The notes under the pieces: generated by a model
What the model was told of the DNA's origin: nothing
Seen by the model: the letters and a program-made list of their open reading frames with translations, nothing else
Databases searched by the model: none
Made by a program: the position numbers and the translations under genes
NCBI GenBank assembly: GCA_040755395.1
Contig: JBFMAX010000010.1
Span: forward strand, 26,136 to 90,135
Origin: Nitrospirota bacterium
GTDB lineage: Bacteria; Nitrospirota; Nitrospiria; Nitrospirales; Nitrospiraceae
Length of the DNA: 64,000 bases
Reading direction: 5' to 3'
Shown here: piece by piece, positions 36,029 through 46,410 of the stretch
How the letters are laid out: the number at the start of each line of letters is the position of its first letter
Numbering within the stretch: the stretch's first letter is position 1

Positions 36029-37228
36029 CTACGGTCGTTTCGCCAACCACAGGAGCGGATCGACAGGTTCCGCTCCTTCGCGCAGTTCAAAATAGAGCGT
36101 ATTCTCTCCCGTCATTCCGGTATCGCCGGTCTCCCCGATCGTCTGCCCCGCCTCGACCCGTTCGCCGACGCCGGCCAGGATCTTGGAGGCATGGGCGTAG
36201 AGGGAAAAAAATCCGTTGGCATGGTCTAGGATAATGACAAGCCCGTACCCTTTCAACCAGTCGGCGTACGCAACCGTGCCGCCCATGACCGCCCGAATCG
36301 TACTCCCTTCCTGGGTTCGAATTTCGATCCCCTTGCGCTGAATGTACGTCTCGAAGGTCGGGTGTTTCTGCCGCCCGAAGAACGAGACGACTTGGCCGTC
36401 GGCGGGCCAGGGCAGAGTCCCCTTGAATCCCCGAGGCGCCAGCCCCCCGGCGGGCGGGCGGGCCGCCGCCGCTTTGCGGCGTTGCTCCAATTCCCGCAGG
36501 AGGCCGTCCACCCGGGCCGCCGACCGCTCCAGCTCTTCGACCGCCCGCTCATACGACTCTTTCTGCTGCGTGATCTTCGCTAGCAGTACGCGCTTTTCCT
36601 TCTGTAGCTCCCGGATCTCGTTCAGCTTGCGCTCCGTGCTTTCCTTATACGCCGCCAGTCCTGCCCTGGCCTCGGCGCGCTGACGTTCCGCCTGCTCGGT
36701 ACGGGCGACATCCGCGCGATAGGTTTTCATCACCTCGTATTCCCGACGGGACACGGCCGACAGGTACTGAAAGCGCCGCTGCAAATCGCCATAGGAGTCG
36801 GCGCCGAGCAGCGCCTTGAGATACCCGAATCGCCCTTCGGTATATTGTACACGGAGTCTGGCGAGAATGGCGTCCCGGCGCTCATCGATCCTGGACCGCA
36901 GGTCGGCCAACTGCGCGTTGATCTCTTCCAACTCCCGATCCTTTTTTTTGAGCTTGCGGTCGATCTCCTGCCGTTCCTGACGATAGCGCATGAGCCGTTC
37001 GTCGAGGGTCTGAATACCCTGCAAGATCGACTCCCGCTGCTTCTCGGCTTCGTCCGCCCGCTTCCGTTTTTCCTCGATCTTACCCTTGAGCTGCTCCAGG
37101 GTTTTGCGTTCCCGCTCGATCTTTTGCGTGATGGGATCGTGTCGCTCCTTCTCGGCCGGAAGCGGCGGAGCCGCGATCACCGTCCACGCGAGCGCAATGG
37201 CGACCGGAACTGCAGGTCGTAGCCTCAC
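36029..37228 (-). CDS. EnvC-like coiled-coil protein with a degenerate LytM/M23 domain
   Basis: Long coiled coil followed by GIEIRTQEGSTIRAV...ILDHANGFFSLYAHAS...TLYFELR. The final H.H motif is absent. Adjacent to ftsEX. Confidence 0.8.
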   Translation of the reverse strand: MRLRPAVPVAIALAWTVIAAPPLPAEKERHDPITQKIERERKTLEQLKGKIEEKRKRADEAEKQRESILQGIQTLDERLMRYRQERQEIDRKLKKKDRELEEINAQLADLRSRIDERRDAILARLRVQYTEGRFGYLKALLGADSYGDLQRRFQYLSAVSRREYEVMKTYRADVARTEQAERQRAEARAGLAAYKESTERKLNEIRELQKEKRVLLAKITQQKESYERAVEELERSAARVDGLLRELEQRRKAAAARPPAGGLAPRGFKGTLPWPADGQVVSFFGRQKHPTFETYIQRKGIEIRTQEGSTIRAVMGGTVAYADWLKGYGLVIILDHANGFFSLYAHASKILAGVGERVEAGQTIGETGDTGMTGENTLYFELREGAEPVDPLLWLAKRP

Positions 37229-38124
37229 GATCGCGTCTCCCCGAACCTCGACAGCGAGACGAAGCTGCCGGCAAACCCCAGCAGCACGCCCGCCAGCACG
37301 AGCAGCAGACAGAGATGAACGGGGAAGAAACTCAACCAGGATTCCACCTTCAGAAAGCGACCCGTCGATTCAACCTGGTGCCGGACGAACTCGAACCCCG
37401 CCTTCAAGATCGCCAAGGACAACGCGCTGCCGAGGCCGCCCAGGAAGGCCCCCTCCAGGAGATAAGGAATTCTGATAAACGCCCGCGTGGCCCCGATCAG
37501 CCGGAGGATTTCGATCTCGTCTCGGCGCGTGTACAGCGTCAACCGGATCGTGTTGGCGATGATCGTCACGGACGCGGTGGAGAGAATGACGCCCGCGGCG
37601 ATCGCCGCCAGCTCGATGTGGCGAATGATGCGCGCCAGCGTCTCGATCAAGTCCCGGCTATATTCGACCTGGGCGACGCCGGGGAGCGTCTGGATGCGCT
37701 CCGCCCACCGTTTCACCGAGTCCGACGAGCGGAATTGCGGAGCCAACGTGATCTCGAAAGACGCCGGCAGCGGGTTCTGGCCCAACCCTTCCAGCAGATG
37801 GGATTCGGACGGAAATTGGGCTTGAAACTCGGCCAAGGCCCGCTCCTTGGAGACGTAGGTCAGCGACGCCACCGCCCGGTCCGCCTTGAGGCGTTGTTCG
37901 AGCTCGGACAACGTCTCTCCGGCGAGACCGTCGTCAAGGTAGACCATCACCCTGATGTCTTCCTGGAGGGAGCCCGCGACGGTGCGCAGATTGACGTAGA
38001 GCAGCAGAAACACCCCGACGCACGCCAGCGTGAACGCCGTGGTCGCCACCGCGACCACGGTGGTCGTTCGATTGATGCGCACATTGGCGAAAGCCTCTCT
38101 GAGGAGATAGAGCGCCCGCCTCAT
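37225..38124 (-). CDS. ftsX: Cell division permease-like protein FtsX
   Basis: MRRALYLLREAFANVRINRTTT with four TM segments. It overlaps both the ftsE stop and the envC-like start. Confidence 0.88.
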   Translation of the reverse strand: MRRALYLLREAFANVRINRTTTVVAVATTAFTLACVGVFLLLYVNLRTVAGSLQEDIRVMVYLDDGLAGETLSELEQRLKADRAVASLTYVSKERALAEFQAQFPSESHLLEGLGQNPLPASFEITLAPQFRSSDSVKRWAERIQTLPGVAQVEYSRDLIETLARIIRHIELAAIAAGVILSTASVTIIANTIRLTLYTRRDEIEILRLIGATRAFIRIPYLLEGAFLGGLGSALSLAILKAGFEFVRHQVESTGRFLKVESWLSFFPVHLCLLLVLAGVLLGFAGSFVSLSRFGETRS

Positions 38125-38789
38125 GTTCCGAGCCGCTGGTCCGCGACCAGCTTGCCCTCCATCAGCGTCACGATCCGCCGGTTGACCTGTGCCATGACCT
38201 GGGGATCGTGGGTCGCCACCATGACCGTCGTTCCTCGCGCATTGATCAACTTGAACAGCTCGATGATCTCGCTCGTCAACTCCGGGTCCAGGTTGCCGGT
38301 CGGCTCATCCGCCAACAGAATGATCGGACCGTTGACGATCGCGCGCGCGATACAGGCGCGCTGCTGCTCTCCGGCCGACAGGCTGCGCGGAAATTGCTCT
38401 CTCTTGTGATCCACTCCGACGGCTTTCAGCGCTTCCGTGACCTTGCGCCGAATCTCAAACCCCGCGGTTCCCTGCACCATCAGCGGCAGCGCCACGTTCT
38501 CAAACACCGTCTTCTTCGGCAACAACCGGAAATCCTGAAAGACAATCCCTATTTTCCGCCGCAGATACGGGATCTCCGACGCCCTCAACTTGGCGACGTT
38601 CCGGCCTTGAACCAAAATTTGCCCTTCATCCGGTCGCTCCGCAGCGATGAGCAGCTTCAACAAGGTCGACTTCCCCGCCCCGCTGGCGCCCATGAGCACC
38701 ACAAATTCGCCCTTCTCGATTTCAAGACTGACATTGGAGAGCGCCGGCCGCCGGTCGTAGTATTTGGAGACATGGAAGAGTTGGATCAT
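38121..38789 (-). CDS. ftsE: Cell division ATP-binding protein FtsE
   Basis: MIQLFHVSKYY, Walker A GASGAGKST, signature LSAGEQQR, Walker B ILLADEPTGNLD. Confidence 0.9.
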   Translation of the reverse strand: MIQLFHVSKYYDRRPALSNVSLEIEKGEFVVLMGASGAGKSTLLKLLIAAERPDEGQILVQGRNVAKLRASEIPYLRRKIGIVFQDFRLLPKKTVFENVALPLMVQGTAGFEIRRKVTEALKAVGVDHKREQFPRSLSAGEQQRACIARAIVNGPIILLADEPTGNLDPELTSEIIELFKLINARGTTVMVATHDPQVMAQVNRRIVTLMEGKLVADQRLGT

Positions 38790-38800
38790 CTTGAAGCCAC

Positions 38801-38900
38801 GGCGCGAGGCGAGTGGCAAGCGGCGCGAGGAGATCTAAAGCAGAGGCTGAACAGCGGCTTTTCTCCGCCACCCCAGGCCCCTCGCCGCTCGCCTCTAGCC
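38801..38900. repeat. Heptamer-periodic inverted repeat array (GGCGMGN / CCNCTNG family)
   Basis: Left arm ggcgcga ggcgagt ggcaagc ggcgcga. Right arm ccccagg cccctcg ccgctcg cctctag. Confidence 0.75.
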
Positions 38901-38906
38901 ATCCAT

Positions 38907-39293
38907 TTACCACCGCAGATCCTCGCCGGGCACCTCGAACGCACTTTCGATGTGTTGGATCTGTCCGTCTTCATGTTCTCCATCCTGCAGAAGCACGACG
39001 TCGAACCGACAAGCCGGCTGTCGCAACCGGTGCCGAGCGAGATACTGCGCCGCCAGCCGCACGAGGCGCATCCGCTTCCGCTCATGCACCGCATAGACCG
39101 CCCCTCCGAAGGCGGACGTTCGACGAGCTTTGACCTCGATGAAGACCAACACAGGGCCGTCCTGCGCCACGAGATCGATTTCGCCGCCCGAAGACCGAAC
39201 GTTCCGGGCGAGGATCCGATATCCCTTCCGTCGCAAGTACCGTTCGGCTTCCGATTCGGCATGCTGGCCGAGGCTGCGTCGCCCGTCGTTCAT
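38907..39293 (-). CDS. yraN: YraN-family (UPF0102) endonuclease-like protein
   Basis: AERYLRRKGYRILARNVRSSGGEIDLVAQDGPVLVFIEVKAR. Confidence 0.85.
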   Translation of the reverse strand: MNDGRRSLGQHAESEAERYLRRKGYRILARNVRSSGGEIDLVAQDGPVLVFIEVKARRTSAFGGAVYAVHERKRMRLVRLAAQYLARHRLRQPACRFDVVLLQDGEHEDGQIQHIESAFEVPGEDLRW

Positions 39294-39342
39294 CTCGATC
39301 CGTGAGAACCGCCGGCCTCCCGCGCCCGATGCGTCTTTACAT

Positions 39343-39999
39343 TCATATGCGGAGAGCGGAAGTCCGTCCCGCCAGACAGTCCTGGACAGGACGAAAGGTC
39401 CGACGATGGATCTCGCATGGCCCGTACTCCGCAAGCAACCGCAGATGCTCCGACGTGCCGTAGCCCTTGTGGGCCAGAAAATTATACTGCGGATAGGCCC
39501 GATGATAGTCGGCCATCAGACGATCTCTGGTGACTTTGGCGACGATCGACGCCGCCGCGATGGAGAGGGATAACCCGTCGCCCTTGATGATCGGACGCTG
39601 CGGCAGCCCCACGAGCGGAAGCGCCACGGCGTCGATGAGGAGAAAATCCGGAGACGGGTCGAGCGCGCAGACCGCGCGCGCCATAGCCAGCCGGGTCGCC
39701 TCCAGTATATTCAGAGCATCAATTTCGCGCCCGCTAGCCGAGCCGATGCCGACGCCGACCGCGCGGCGGAGAATGTCCTCGCACAGTCGTTCCCGCTCGG
39801 ACGCGGGAACCTGTTTGGAGTCGTTCAGACCGGGGACCCGACAACGACAGGGAAGGATGACGGCGGCGGCCACAACCGGACCGGCAAGCGGTCCTCGGCC
39901 GGCCTCATCCAGACCCGCGATGCGGCGGTAGCCGCATCGCCGAGCCTCCGCCTCAAATTCGTCGGTGGGTCCCACCGATGGGATACTCCAGACCGGCAA
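39343..39999 (-). CDS. rnhB: Ribonuclease HII
   Basis: IAGLDEAGRGPLAGPVVAAAVIL ... DSKQ. Confidence 0.9.
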   Translation of the reverse strand: MPVWSIPSVGPTDEFEAEARRCGYRRIAGLDEAGRGPLAGPVVAAAVILPCRCRVPGLNDSKQVPASERERLCEDILRRAVGVGIGSASGREIDALNILEATRLAMARAVCALDPSPDFLLIDAVALPLVGLPQRPIIKGDGLSLSIAAASIVAKVTRDRLMADYHRAYPQYNFLAHKGYGTSEHLRLLAEYGPCEIHRRTFRPVQDCLAGRTSALRI

Positions 40000-40047
40000 C
40001 GCCGGAAACGGGCGGCGCCGCGAGGACGATCGTCGAGTCGAACGCTT

Positions 40048-40485
40048 TCAGCCCTTGACGGCTGCGACCGGCTCCGGTTCGGCGACGGCTTCTGCGGAGC
40101 CGGGGGAACGGGCCCCGCTTCCGGGAGATTTGGATTCCCCCGAAAACTCCCGCTCCTCGACTTTCGCCGTCTTGCCCTTCTTGTGCCGCAGATAATACAG
40201 CTTCGCCCGGCGCACCTTGCCTTGACGGACTACATCGATACGCGTGACGACCGGCGAATGGATCGGGAAAATCCGTTCCACCCCGACACCGTATGAAATT
40301 TTCCGTACCGTGAAGGTCTCGCTGTTCAACGACCCCTTCCGGCCGATCACCACGCCTTCGAAAACCTGGATGCGTTCTTTTTCGCCTTCGACCACTTTCG
40401 CATGAACGCGAACGGTATCCCCGATCTCGAAGTTGGGCACCGTCTTCTTGGTCAGCGATCGTTGGATCCGTTCCAACCGATTCAT
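40048..40485 (-). CDS. rplS: 50S ribosomal protein L19
   Basis: [10 protein letters not shown]...[34 protein letters not shown] lies before ATG 40485. Carries a ~30-aa C-terminal extension. Confidence 0.9.
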   Translation of the reverse strand: MNRLERIQRSLTKKTVPNFEIGDTVRVHAKVVEGEKERIQVFEGVVIGRKGSLNSETFTVRKISYGVGVERIFPIHSPVVTRIDVVRQGKVRRAKLYYLRHKKGKTAKVEEREFSGESKSPGSGARSPGSAEAVAEPEPVAAVKG

Positions 40486-40489
40486 GGCG

Positions 40490-41281
40490 CTATCCCTCCT
40501 CCCCGCACCGCACCGGCGCCGCTTTGGCGCTTGCGCGGACGATTTCATCAAGCAATCGTTGATCTTCTTCGTTGAAGACTCGGTCCCGCAGCAGGTCCGG
40601 ACGCTTCAAATAGGTGCTCCGCAAGGCTTCACGCCGCCGCCAGATCCTGATCGCCTCGTGGTGCCCGGACAGCAACACCTCGGGCACGGTCAGTCCACGC
40701 ACCTCCGGCGGCCGTGTGTACTGAGGATAATCCAACAACGAATCGGCGAACGACTCGTGCGCCGCCGACTCCGGATCGCCCAATACCCCGGGCACCAGCC
40801 TGGCCGCCGCGTCGATGATGACCAACGCCGGCAGCTCTCCCCCCGTCAGCACATAGTCTCCGAGCGACACTTCCTCGGGGTTTAACCCCAAGCGAACCCT
40901 CTCGTCGATGCCTTCATAATGGCCGCAGAGGAAGACGAGCCGTCGCCGCTCGCCCGCGAGGTTTCGAGCGTAGTCCTGCGTGAACGGTCGTCCCTGGGGC
41001 GTGGGCATGAGCACACGAAGGGCGACGCTTCCGTCGCCGGCTTGGCCGTATTCCTCCCGGAGCGCGTCGACGGCGCGGAAGATGGGCTCAGCCTTCATCA
41101 CCATACCGGCGCCACCTCCGTACGGGACATCGTCGGCAACCTTGTGCCGATCGAACGTATAGTCACGCAGGTTACGGACACGGACTTCCAACAGACCTTT
41201 CTCTTGGGCCCGTTTGAGGATGCTCTGGCCCAGTACAGGCGTCACCATCTCGGGGAACAAGGTGAGAATGTCACACCGCAT
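40490..41281 (-). CDS. trmD: tRNA (guanine37-N1)-methyltransferase TrmD
   Basis: [12 protein letters not shown] ... [16 protein letters not shown]. Confidence 0.9.
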   Translation of the reverse strand: MRCDILTLFPEMVTPVLGQSILKRAQEKGLLEVRVRNLRDYTFDRHKVADDVPYGGGAGMVMKAEPIFRAVDALREEYGQAGDGSVALRVLMPTPQGRPFTQDYARNLAGERRRLVFLCGHYEGIDERVRLGLNPEEVSLGDYVLTGGELPALVIIDAAARLVPGVLGDPESAAHESFADSLLDYPQYTRPPEVRGLTVPEVLLSGHHEAIRIWRRREALRSTYLKRPDLLRDRVFNEEDQRLLDEIVRASAKAAPVRCGEEG

Positions 41282-41804
41282 CCTGATACTCCACAAGTCC
41301 CTCCATCGGACGGATCGTCATGATCCGGTCGGCGACGTCCACCGACGCCACGACATCCGTCGTCGCGGGAATCAGAACCTCCCGGCCCTGCCGGCGGACG
41401 ACAAGGACATGGTTTGCGGGCAATTCCCATACCTCTTCGAGTGTTCCCAGGGGTTCGCCCAGTTCGGTCTTGACCTGCATGCCGATGAGGTCATGTTCGT
41501 AATATCGACCCGCAGGCAAGGCGGGGCTTTCGCTCCGAGGAATTTGAATCAGGCCGCCGCGAAACGCCGCGGCTTCTTCCGGCGTCGTCAGCGCCTCGAA
41601 ACCGATGATATATGACCCGCCACCGGTTCGTACCCTTTTCACCGCGGTTGCGAGCACCTGTCCGGACGGCGAGCGCAGAATCGCCCGGGAAAGCGTTTCG
41701 AATCGACCGGGAACATCGCTCAACGACCGCACCCGGACTTCGCCGCGAACGCCGAACGGCTTCTCGATTTTGCCGATCGTGACAAGATCCAACGAGTCAT
41801 TCAT
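41271..41804 (-). CDS. rimM: 16S rRNA processing protein RimM
   Basis: VTIGKIEKPFGVRGEVRV plus a PRC-barrel C-terminus. Confidence 0.85.
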   Translation of the reverse strand: MNDSLDLVTIGKIEKPFGVRGEVRVRSLSDVPGRFETLSRAILRSPSGQVLATAVKRVRTGGGSYIIGFEALTTPEEAAAFRGGLIQIPRSESPALPAGRYYEHDLIGMQVKTELGEPLGTLEEVWELPANHVLVVRRQGREVLIPATTDVVASVDVADRIMTIRPMEGLVEYQDAV

Positions 41805-41886
41805 CGCCGGCTCCGGCGAGTCGCTGACAATCAACAGCTATCGGTCTTCAGCGTTGATGGCCAAGCGGTGGCCGCTGACCACCTTT

Positions 41887-42171
41887 TTACGACGCCTTCT
41901 TTGCCGCGGCTCGTTCACTTTCGAACTGCTGCCAGACTCCGGAACGACGGAGCAGGGTTCGGACCGTCACGGTCGGCTGGGCGCCCTGTTTGAGCCACTT
42001 GAGCACCCGATCCTGCTTGAGTTCCGGCAAGGCCGGATTTTTCAATGGGTCGAAGGTGCCCAAGATCTCCAGGAACCGTCCGTCCCTGGGCATCCGCGAA
42101 TCCGCCGCCACGACTCGATAGAACGGACGCTTATGTCGGCCGGCCCGCGCCAATCGCAAATGAACCGCCAC
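41887..42171 (-). CDS. rpsP: 30S ribosomal protein S16
   Basis: [42 protein letters not shown]. Confidence 0.92.
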   Translation of the reverse strand: MAVHLRLARAGRHKRPFYRVVAADSRMPRDGRFLEILGTFDPLKNPALPELKQDRVLKWLKQGAQPTVTVRTLLRRSGVWQQFESERAAAKKAS

Positions 42172-42209
42172 GTGAATTCCTCCTCGAGATTAGGATTGAA
42201 GTAAGATGG

Positions 42210-42273
42210 CTATCAGACTTCAGCCGTCAGTTTTCAGCGGAGATTCTTTCATGCTGACAGCCGACCGCTGACA
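42210..42273. repeat. Heptamer-periodic inverted repeat array (nnnTCAG / GCTGAnn family)
   Basis: Left arm ctatcag acttcag ccgtcag ttttcag. Right arm gctgaca gccgacc gctgaca. Confidence 0.8.
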
Positions 42274-42284
42274 ACCTGCTCGTG

Positions 42285-43631
42285 TCACATCGACCGCATC
42301 AACCGCGCGAGATGCCGCCGGCTTCCTGCGCCGGTCATCGCCTTCATCATTTTTCGCGCGGTCAGGAACTGCTTCAACAATCGGTTGACCTCCTGCACGC
42401 TGGTCCCGCTGCCCCGGGCGATGCGCTTTTTTCGGCTTCCGTTAATAATGGTGTGGTCACGGCGCTCCCGAGGCGTCATGGAATCGATCATCGCGACCAC
42501 GCGCTTCAATTCCCGCTCCGGCAACCCGTCCTGCGCCAGATCCTTCAACCGCTGACCGCCCGGCAACATGCCGAGGATCTGCTCGAACGATCCGATCCGA
42601 TTCACCTGCCCGAGCTGCTCGCGAAAATCCTCCAGCGTAAAACCGCCGCCGGTCAGCTTCTTCTCAGCCGCCTCCGCCTGTTCGCGCGTGTAGGCTTCCT
42701 GGGCCTTCTCGACGAGCGACAGGACGTCCCCCATGCCCAGAATGCGCGAGGCCAGCCGGTCCGGGTGAAACGCTTCCAGCGCATCCAGTTTCTCCCCTAC
42801 ACCGAGGAACTTAATCGGTTTGCCGGTCACCGCACGAATGGAGAGCACTGCGCCGCCCCTCGCGTCTCCTTCGACCTTCGTCAGAATGACGCCCGTCAAC
42901 CCGACCCGCTGGTCGAATCGGCTCGCCATGTTCACCGCGTCCTGACCGGTCATCGCATCGGCGACCAACAACACTTCATGCGGTTCCACCGCCTGCTTGA
43001 CCGCGGCCAACTCGGCCATCAACTCGTCGTCGACGTGCAACCGTCCGCCGGTGTCCAGGATGACCAGGTCGTAGCCCTGGTCACGGCCCCGCTCGACTCC
43101 CTCCCGGCAGATTCGCACCACATCGGCCTGAGACGCGTCGGCTTGGTCGAACCGATGGACGTCGACGCCCAGATCACGGCCCAGGATAGCCAACTGATCG
43201 CCGGCCGCTGGCCGCCTGGGATCGGCCGCAACGAGCAAGACCCGCCGGCCTTGCTGCTTGAACAGTCGCGCCAGCTTGCCGCACGTCGTCGTCTTCCCGG
43301 CGCCCTGCAACCCGACCATCATCACGATCGTCGGCGGAACCGAGGCGAGGCTGAAACCGGATTTCTCCCGGCCCATCATCTCGCGCAACTCGTCCCAGAC
43401 GATCTTCACCACCTGATGGCCGGGCGTGAGACTCTGCAGCACCTCCCGGCCGACCGCCTTCTCGCGGACCCGGTCGATGAATTCCTTGACGATCTTGAAG
43501 TTGACGTCCGCTTCAAGCAGCGCCAGCCGGACTTCTTTCAGCGCCTCCGCGATATTCTGTTCGGTCAGGACACCATGACCGCGGAGCTTGCGAAGAATCT
43601 TATCGAGTTTTTCACTCAGCGCGTCGAGCAT
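42285..43631 (-). CDS. ffh: Signal recognition particle protein Ffh
   Basis: GLQGAGKTTTCGKLA, DTGGRLH, TKVEGDARGGA and a Met-rich M domain. Confidence 0.95.
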   Translation of the reverse strand: MLDALSEKLDKILRKLRGHGVLTEQNIAEALKEVRLALLEADVNFKIVKEFIDRVREKAVGREVLQSLTPGHQVVKIVWDELREMMGREKSGFSLASVPPTIVMMVGLQGAGKTTTCGKLARLFKQQGRRVLLVAADPRRPAAGDQLAILGRDLGVDVHRFDQADASQADVVRICREGVERGRDQGYDLVILDTGGRLHVDDELMAELAAVKQAVEPHEVLLVADAMTGQDAVNMASRFDQRVGLTGVILTKVEGDARGGAVLSIRAVTGKPIKFLGVGEKLDALEAFHPDRLASRILGMGDVLSLVEKAQEAYTREQAEAAEKKLTGGGFTLEDFREQLGQVNRIGSFEQILGMLPGGQRLKDLAQDGLPERELKRVVAMIDSMTPRERRDHTIINGSRKKRIARGSGTSVQEVNRLLKQFLTARKMMKAMTGAGSRRHLARLMRSM

Positions 43632-43718
43632 GAGCAGGAACCGTTGGAGACCAGCTTGGACGATGCGTCCGGTAGGGCTTCGATCGCCTCGAAAGATTTA
43701 CAAAAAGAGCATCGGGGC

Positions 43719-43748
43719 AGTCTAAACAACGGCCCGGGAAGAAGTCAA
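43719..43748 (-). promoter_or_regulatory. Sigma70-type promoter facing ffh
   Basis: Minus strand TTGACT-18 nt-TAGACT, ~80 nt upstream of the ffh ATG. Confidence 0.4.
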
Positions 43749-43910
43749 GGTATTCTCTGTGTGAAGGCGTGTCTTCGCCGGCCAAACCGGCTTCGGCGTC
43801 GGACGGGAGTCGGGACCTCTCTTGAGCGCGAGGAGCGACCGAAGCCGTCGTTCCTCGGTCGCTTCGCGTGGGACTCGTTCTTCGCACGAGGCCGACCTCG
43901 GTCCATTTTA

Positions 43911-43939
43911 TTGACTTCACCCAGGGGTTTCGCTATGGT
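43911..43939 (+). promoter_or_regulatory. Sigma70-type promoter of the DUF4321 gene
   Basis: TTGACT-17 nt-TATGGT, 51 nt upstream of ATG 43991. Confidence 0.45.
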
Positions 43940-43990
43940 GCCAGCCGCCGGCTCCGTGCGACTACGCAGACCGAAGCCAGGAGGGGAGGG

Positions 43991-44251
43991 ATGAGAAAGT
44001 CACCGTGGGTGCTGATGATCTTTATCCTCGTCGGAGGATTGCTCGGCGGCATTCTCGGAGAGATTCTGCACGTCATGGCCCCGCACGGAGCCATTCAAAA
44101 CATTTTCTCGACCGCTCTCACTCCCGGAATCAACCCGCCGGTGACGGTCGATCTGGTGTTGCTCAAGATTACGATGGGCTTCACGATCAAAATGAACCTG
44201 CTGACGTTCCTGGGTATTTTCCTGGGCATTTACCTCTACAAACAGGTCTGA
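43991..44251 (+). CDS. DUF4321-family small membrane protein
   Basis: GGAGGGG lies before the ATG. MRKSPWVLMIFILVGGLLGGILGEIL...LLTFLGIFLGIYLYKQV. Confidence 0.7.
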   Translation: MRKSPWVLMIFILVGGLLGGILGEILHVMAPHGAIQNIFSTALTPGINPPVTVDLVLLKITMGFTIKMNLLTFLGIFLGIYLYKQV

Positions 44252-44254
44252 GTC

Positions 44255-46252
44255 TCACGGCTTGACCTCGAGCTCTTTCATCCTCAAGGCCCGGATCCGG
44301 TTCCGCAGTTCCGCCGCCCGTTCGAACTCCAATTCCTTGGCGGCCGCTTTCATGTCCGCTTCCAGACGCCGGATGAGTTGCTCGACGTCGCGCTCCTCCT
44401 GATAGACGGCTTCGGGCTCGGCTGCCAGGTCTCGCGTGAGATAGTCCATCTGAGCCACCGCGTACTCCAGCGACGGGATGCCCTTCTTCACGCTTTCCGG
44501 CGTGATGCCGTGCGCCTCATTGTACTCGGCCTGAATCCTCCGCCGCCGCGCGGTCTCTTCGATCGCTAACCTCATCGAATCCGTGACCGTATCACCGTAC
44601 AGAATCACGCGGCCTTCGACGTGCCGGGCCGCGCGGCCGGCGGTCTGAATCAGCGACCGGTGCGACCGCAGGTAGCCTTCCTTATCCGCGTCGAGGATCG
44701 CGACGAGGCTGACCTCCGGAATATCCAGCCCCTCGCGCAAGAGGTTGATTCCCACCAGCACGTCGAACACGCCGCGCCGCAGATCGCGCACGATTTCGGC
44801 CCGCTCCAACGTTTTGATGTCGGAGTGCAGATAGCGAACTTTGACGCCCAGATCATGGTAGTACTCGGTCAGGTCTTCAGCCATCCGCTTGGTCAGCGTC
44901 GTGACCAACACGCGATTGCCTTTGGCGGCTTCCGCCCGCACTTCGCCCAGCAAATTGTCCACTTGCCCCTTTGCGGGACGCACCTCGATGACCGGATCCA
45001 TCAAGCCGGTCGGCCGGATGATCTGCTCGACCACCTCCCGGCCGGCATGTTCCAGTTCGTATGGTCCCGGCGTCGCCGACACGTAAATGACCTGGTTCAA
45101 GCACCGTTCGAACTCCTCGAATTTCAGCGGCCGGTTGTCGATCGCCGACGGCAGCCGAAACCCATAGTCCACGAGGGTCTTCTTGCGCGAATAGTCGCCT
45201 TCGTACATGCCTCCCACTTGCGGAATGGTGGCGTGCGACTCGTCGACGATCAGGAGAAAATCCTTGGGGAAGTAGTCCAGCAACGTCGGCGGCGGCTCGC
45301 CCGGCGCGCGACCGCTCAGATGCCGTGAATAGTTCTCGATCCCGTGGCAGTAGCCCATCGCCCGTATCATCTCCAAATCGAAGCGCGTCCGTTGCTCGAT
45401 CCGCTGGGCCTCGAGCAACTTGCCCTCCTGCTTGAAGAACGCGATCCGTTCCTCCAGTTCCTGTTCGATTCCGCTCAAGGCACGCTCGTAACGGTCCGGC
45501 GCGATCAGGTAGTGGGTATTGGGGTAGATCGGCACCTTCGGCAACCTGCCCAATGACTCGCCGGTGAGCGGATCAATCTCGTGAATCGCATCCACCACGT
45601 CGCCGAACAGCTCGATGCGCACCGAGACGGCGTCCGAGGAGGCCGGAAAGACCTCGATCACGTCGCCTCGCGCACGGAAGGTCCCACGGTGAAAATCGGT
45701 ATCGTTGCGCGCATATTGAATCTCCACCAACTTGGACAGGATCTGTTCGCGCCGGATCTCCATGCCTTCTTCGAGATAGAGCAGCATGCCGTGATAGACC
45801 TCCGGCGAGCCGAGGCCGTAGATGCACGACACCGACGATACGATCACCACATCGTTCCGCTGCAACAGCGCCGTGGTCGCCGCGTGCCGCATCTGATCGA
45901 TGGCGTCGTTGATCGACGCATCCTTCGCAATGTAGGTGTCGGTCTGGGGAATGTAGGCTTCCGGCTGGTAGTAGTCGTAGTAGCTGACGAAATATTCGAC
46001 CGCATTGTGCGGGAAAAACTGTTTGAATTCCTGGTAAAGCTGTCCCGCCAAGGTCTTGTTATGGACGAGCACAAGCGTCGGCTTCCGCACCCGTTCGATC
46101 AGGTTCGCCATCGTGAACGTTTTGCCGGAGCCGGTGACGCCGAGCAAAACCTGGTGCTTCTTTCCGGCCTTGACCCCGGCGGCCAATTTCTCAATCGCCT
46201 GGCCCTGATCTCCGCACGGCTTGAACGGCGCCTCGAGCTTAAACGGCTGCAT
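44255..46252 (-). CDS. uvrB: Excinuclease ABC subunit B
   Basis: [20 protein letters not shown]...[12 protein letters not shown]...DESH... and a C-terminal UVR motif [21 protein letters not shown] lies before ATG 46252. The track start 46522 is spurious. Confidence 0.95.
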   Translation of the reverse strand: MQPFKLEAPFKPCGDQGQAIEKLAAGVKAGKKHQVLLGVTGSGKTFTMANLIERVRKPTLVLVHNKTLAGQLYQEFKQFFPHNAVEYFVSYYDYYQPEAYIPQTDTYIAKDASINDAIDQMRHAATTALLQRNDVVIVSSVSCIYGLGSPEVYHGMLLYLEEGMEIRREQILSKLVEIQYARNDTDFHRGTFRARGDVIEVFPASSDAVSVRIELFGDVVDAIHEIDPLTGESLGRLPKVPIYPNTHYLIAPDRYERALSGIEQELEERIAFFKQEGKLLEAQRIEQRTRFDLEMIRAMGYCHGIENYSRHLSGRAPGEPPPTLLDYFPKDFLLIVDESHATIPQVGGMYEGDYSRKKTLVDYGFRLPSAIDNRPLKFEEFERCLNQVIYVSATPGPYELEHAGREVVEQIIRPTGLMDPVIEVRPAKGQVDNLLGEVRAEAAKGNRVLVTTLTKRMAEDLTEYYHDLGVKVRYLHSDIKTLERAEIVRDLRRGVFDVLVGINLLREGLDIPEVSLVAILDADKEGYLRSHRSLIQTAGRAARHVEGRVILYGDTVTDSMRLAIEETARRRRIQAEYNEAHGITPESVKKGIPSLEYAVAQMDYLTRDLAAEPEAVYQEERDVEQLIRRLEADMKAAAKELEFERAAELRNRIRALRMKELEVKP

Positions 46253-46340
46253 ATCCCCGATCTCCTCCGGAACCCATCTTAGCAAATCACATGACCCGTG
46301 CGCGAACCCGTGGCCATGAAGACTTGTCGCCGGTTGAACT

Positions 46341-46369
46341 TTGTCCTCCGACCCTGTTCTGTTTATAAT
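46341..46369 (+). promoter_or_regulatory. Sigma70-type promoter of rpoH
   Basis: TTGTCC-17 nt-TATAAT. The 14-nt palindrome cgtgcgcgcgcacg (46377-46390) sits at the predicted 5' end of the transcript. Confidence 0.5.
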
Positions 46370-46410
46370 GTTCGAACGTGCGCGCGCACGGCGAGAGCGC
46401 ATAGGGATCG

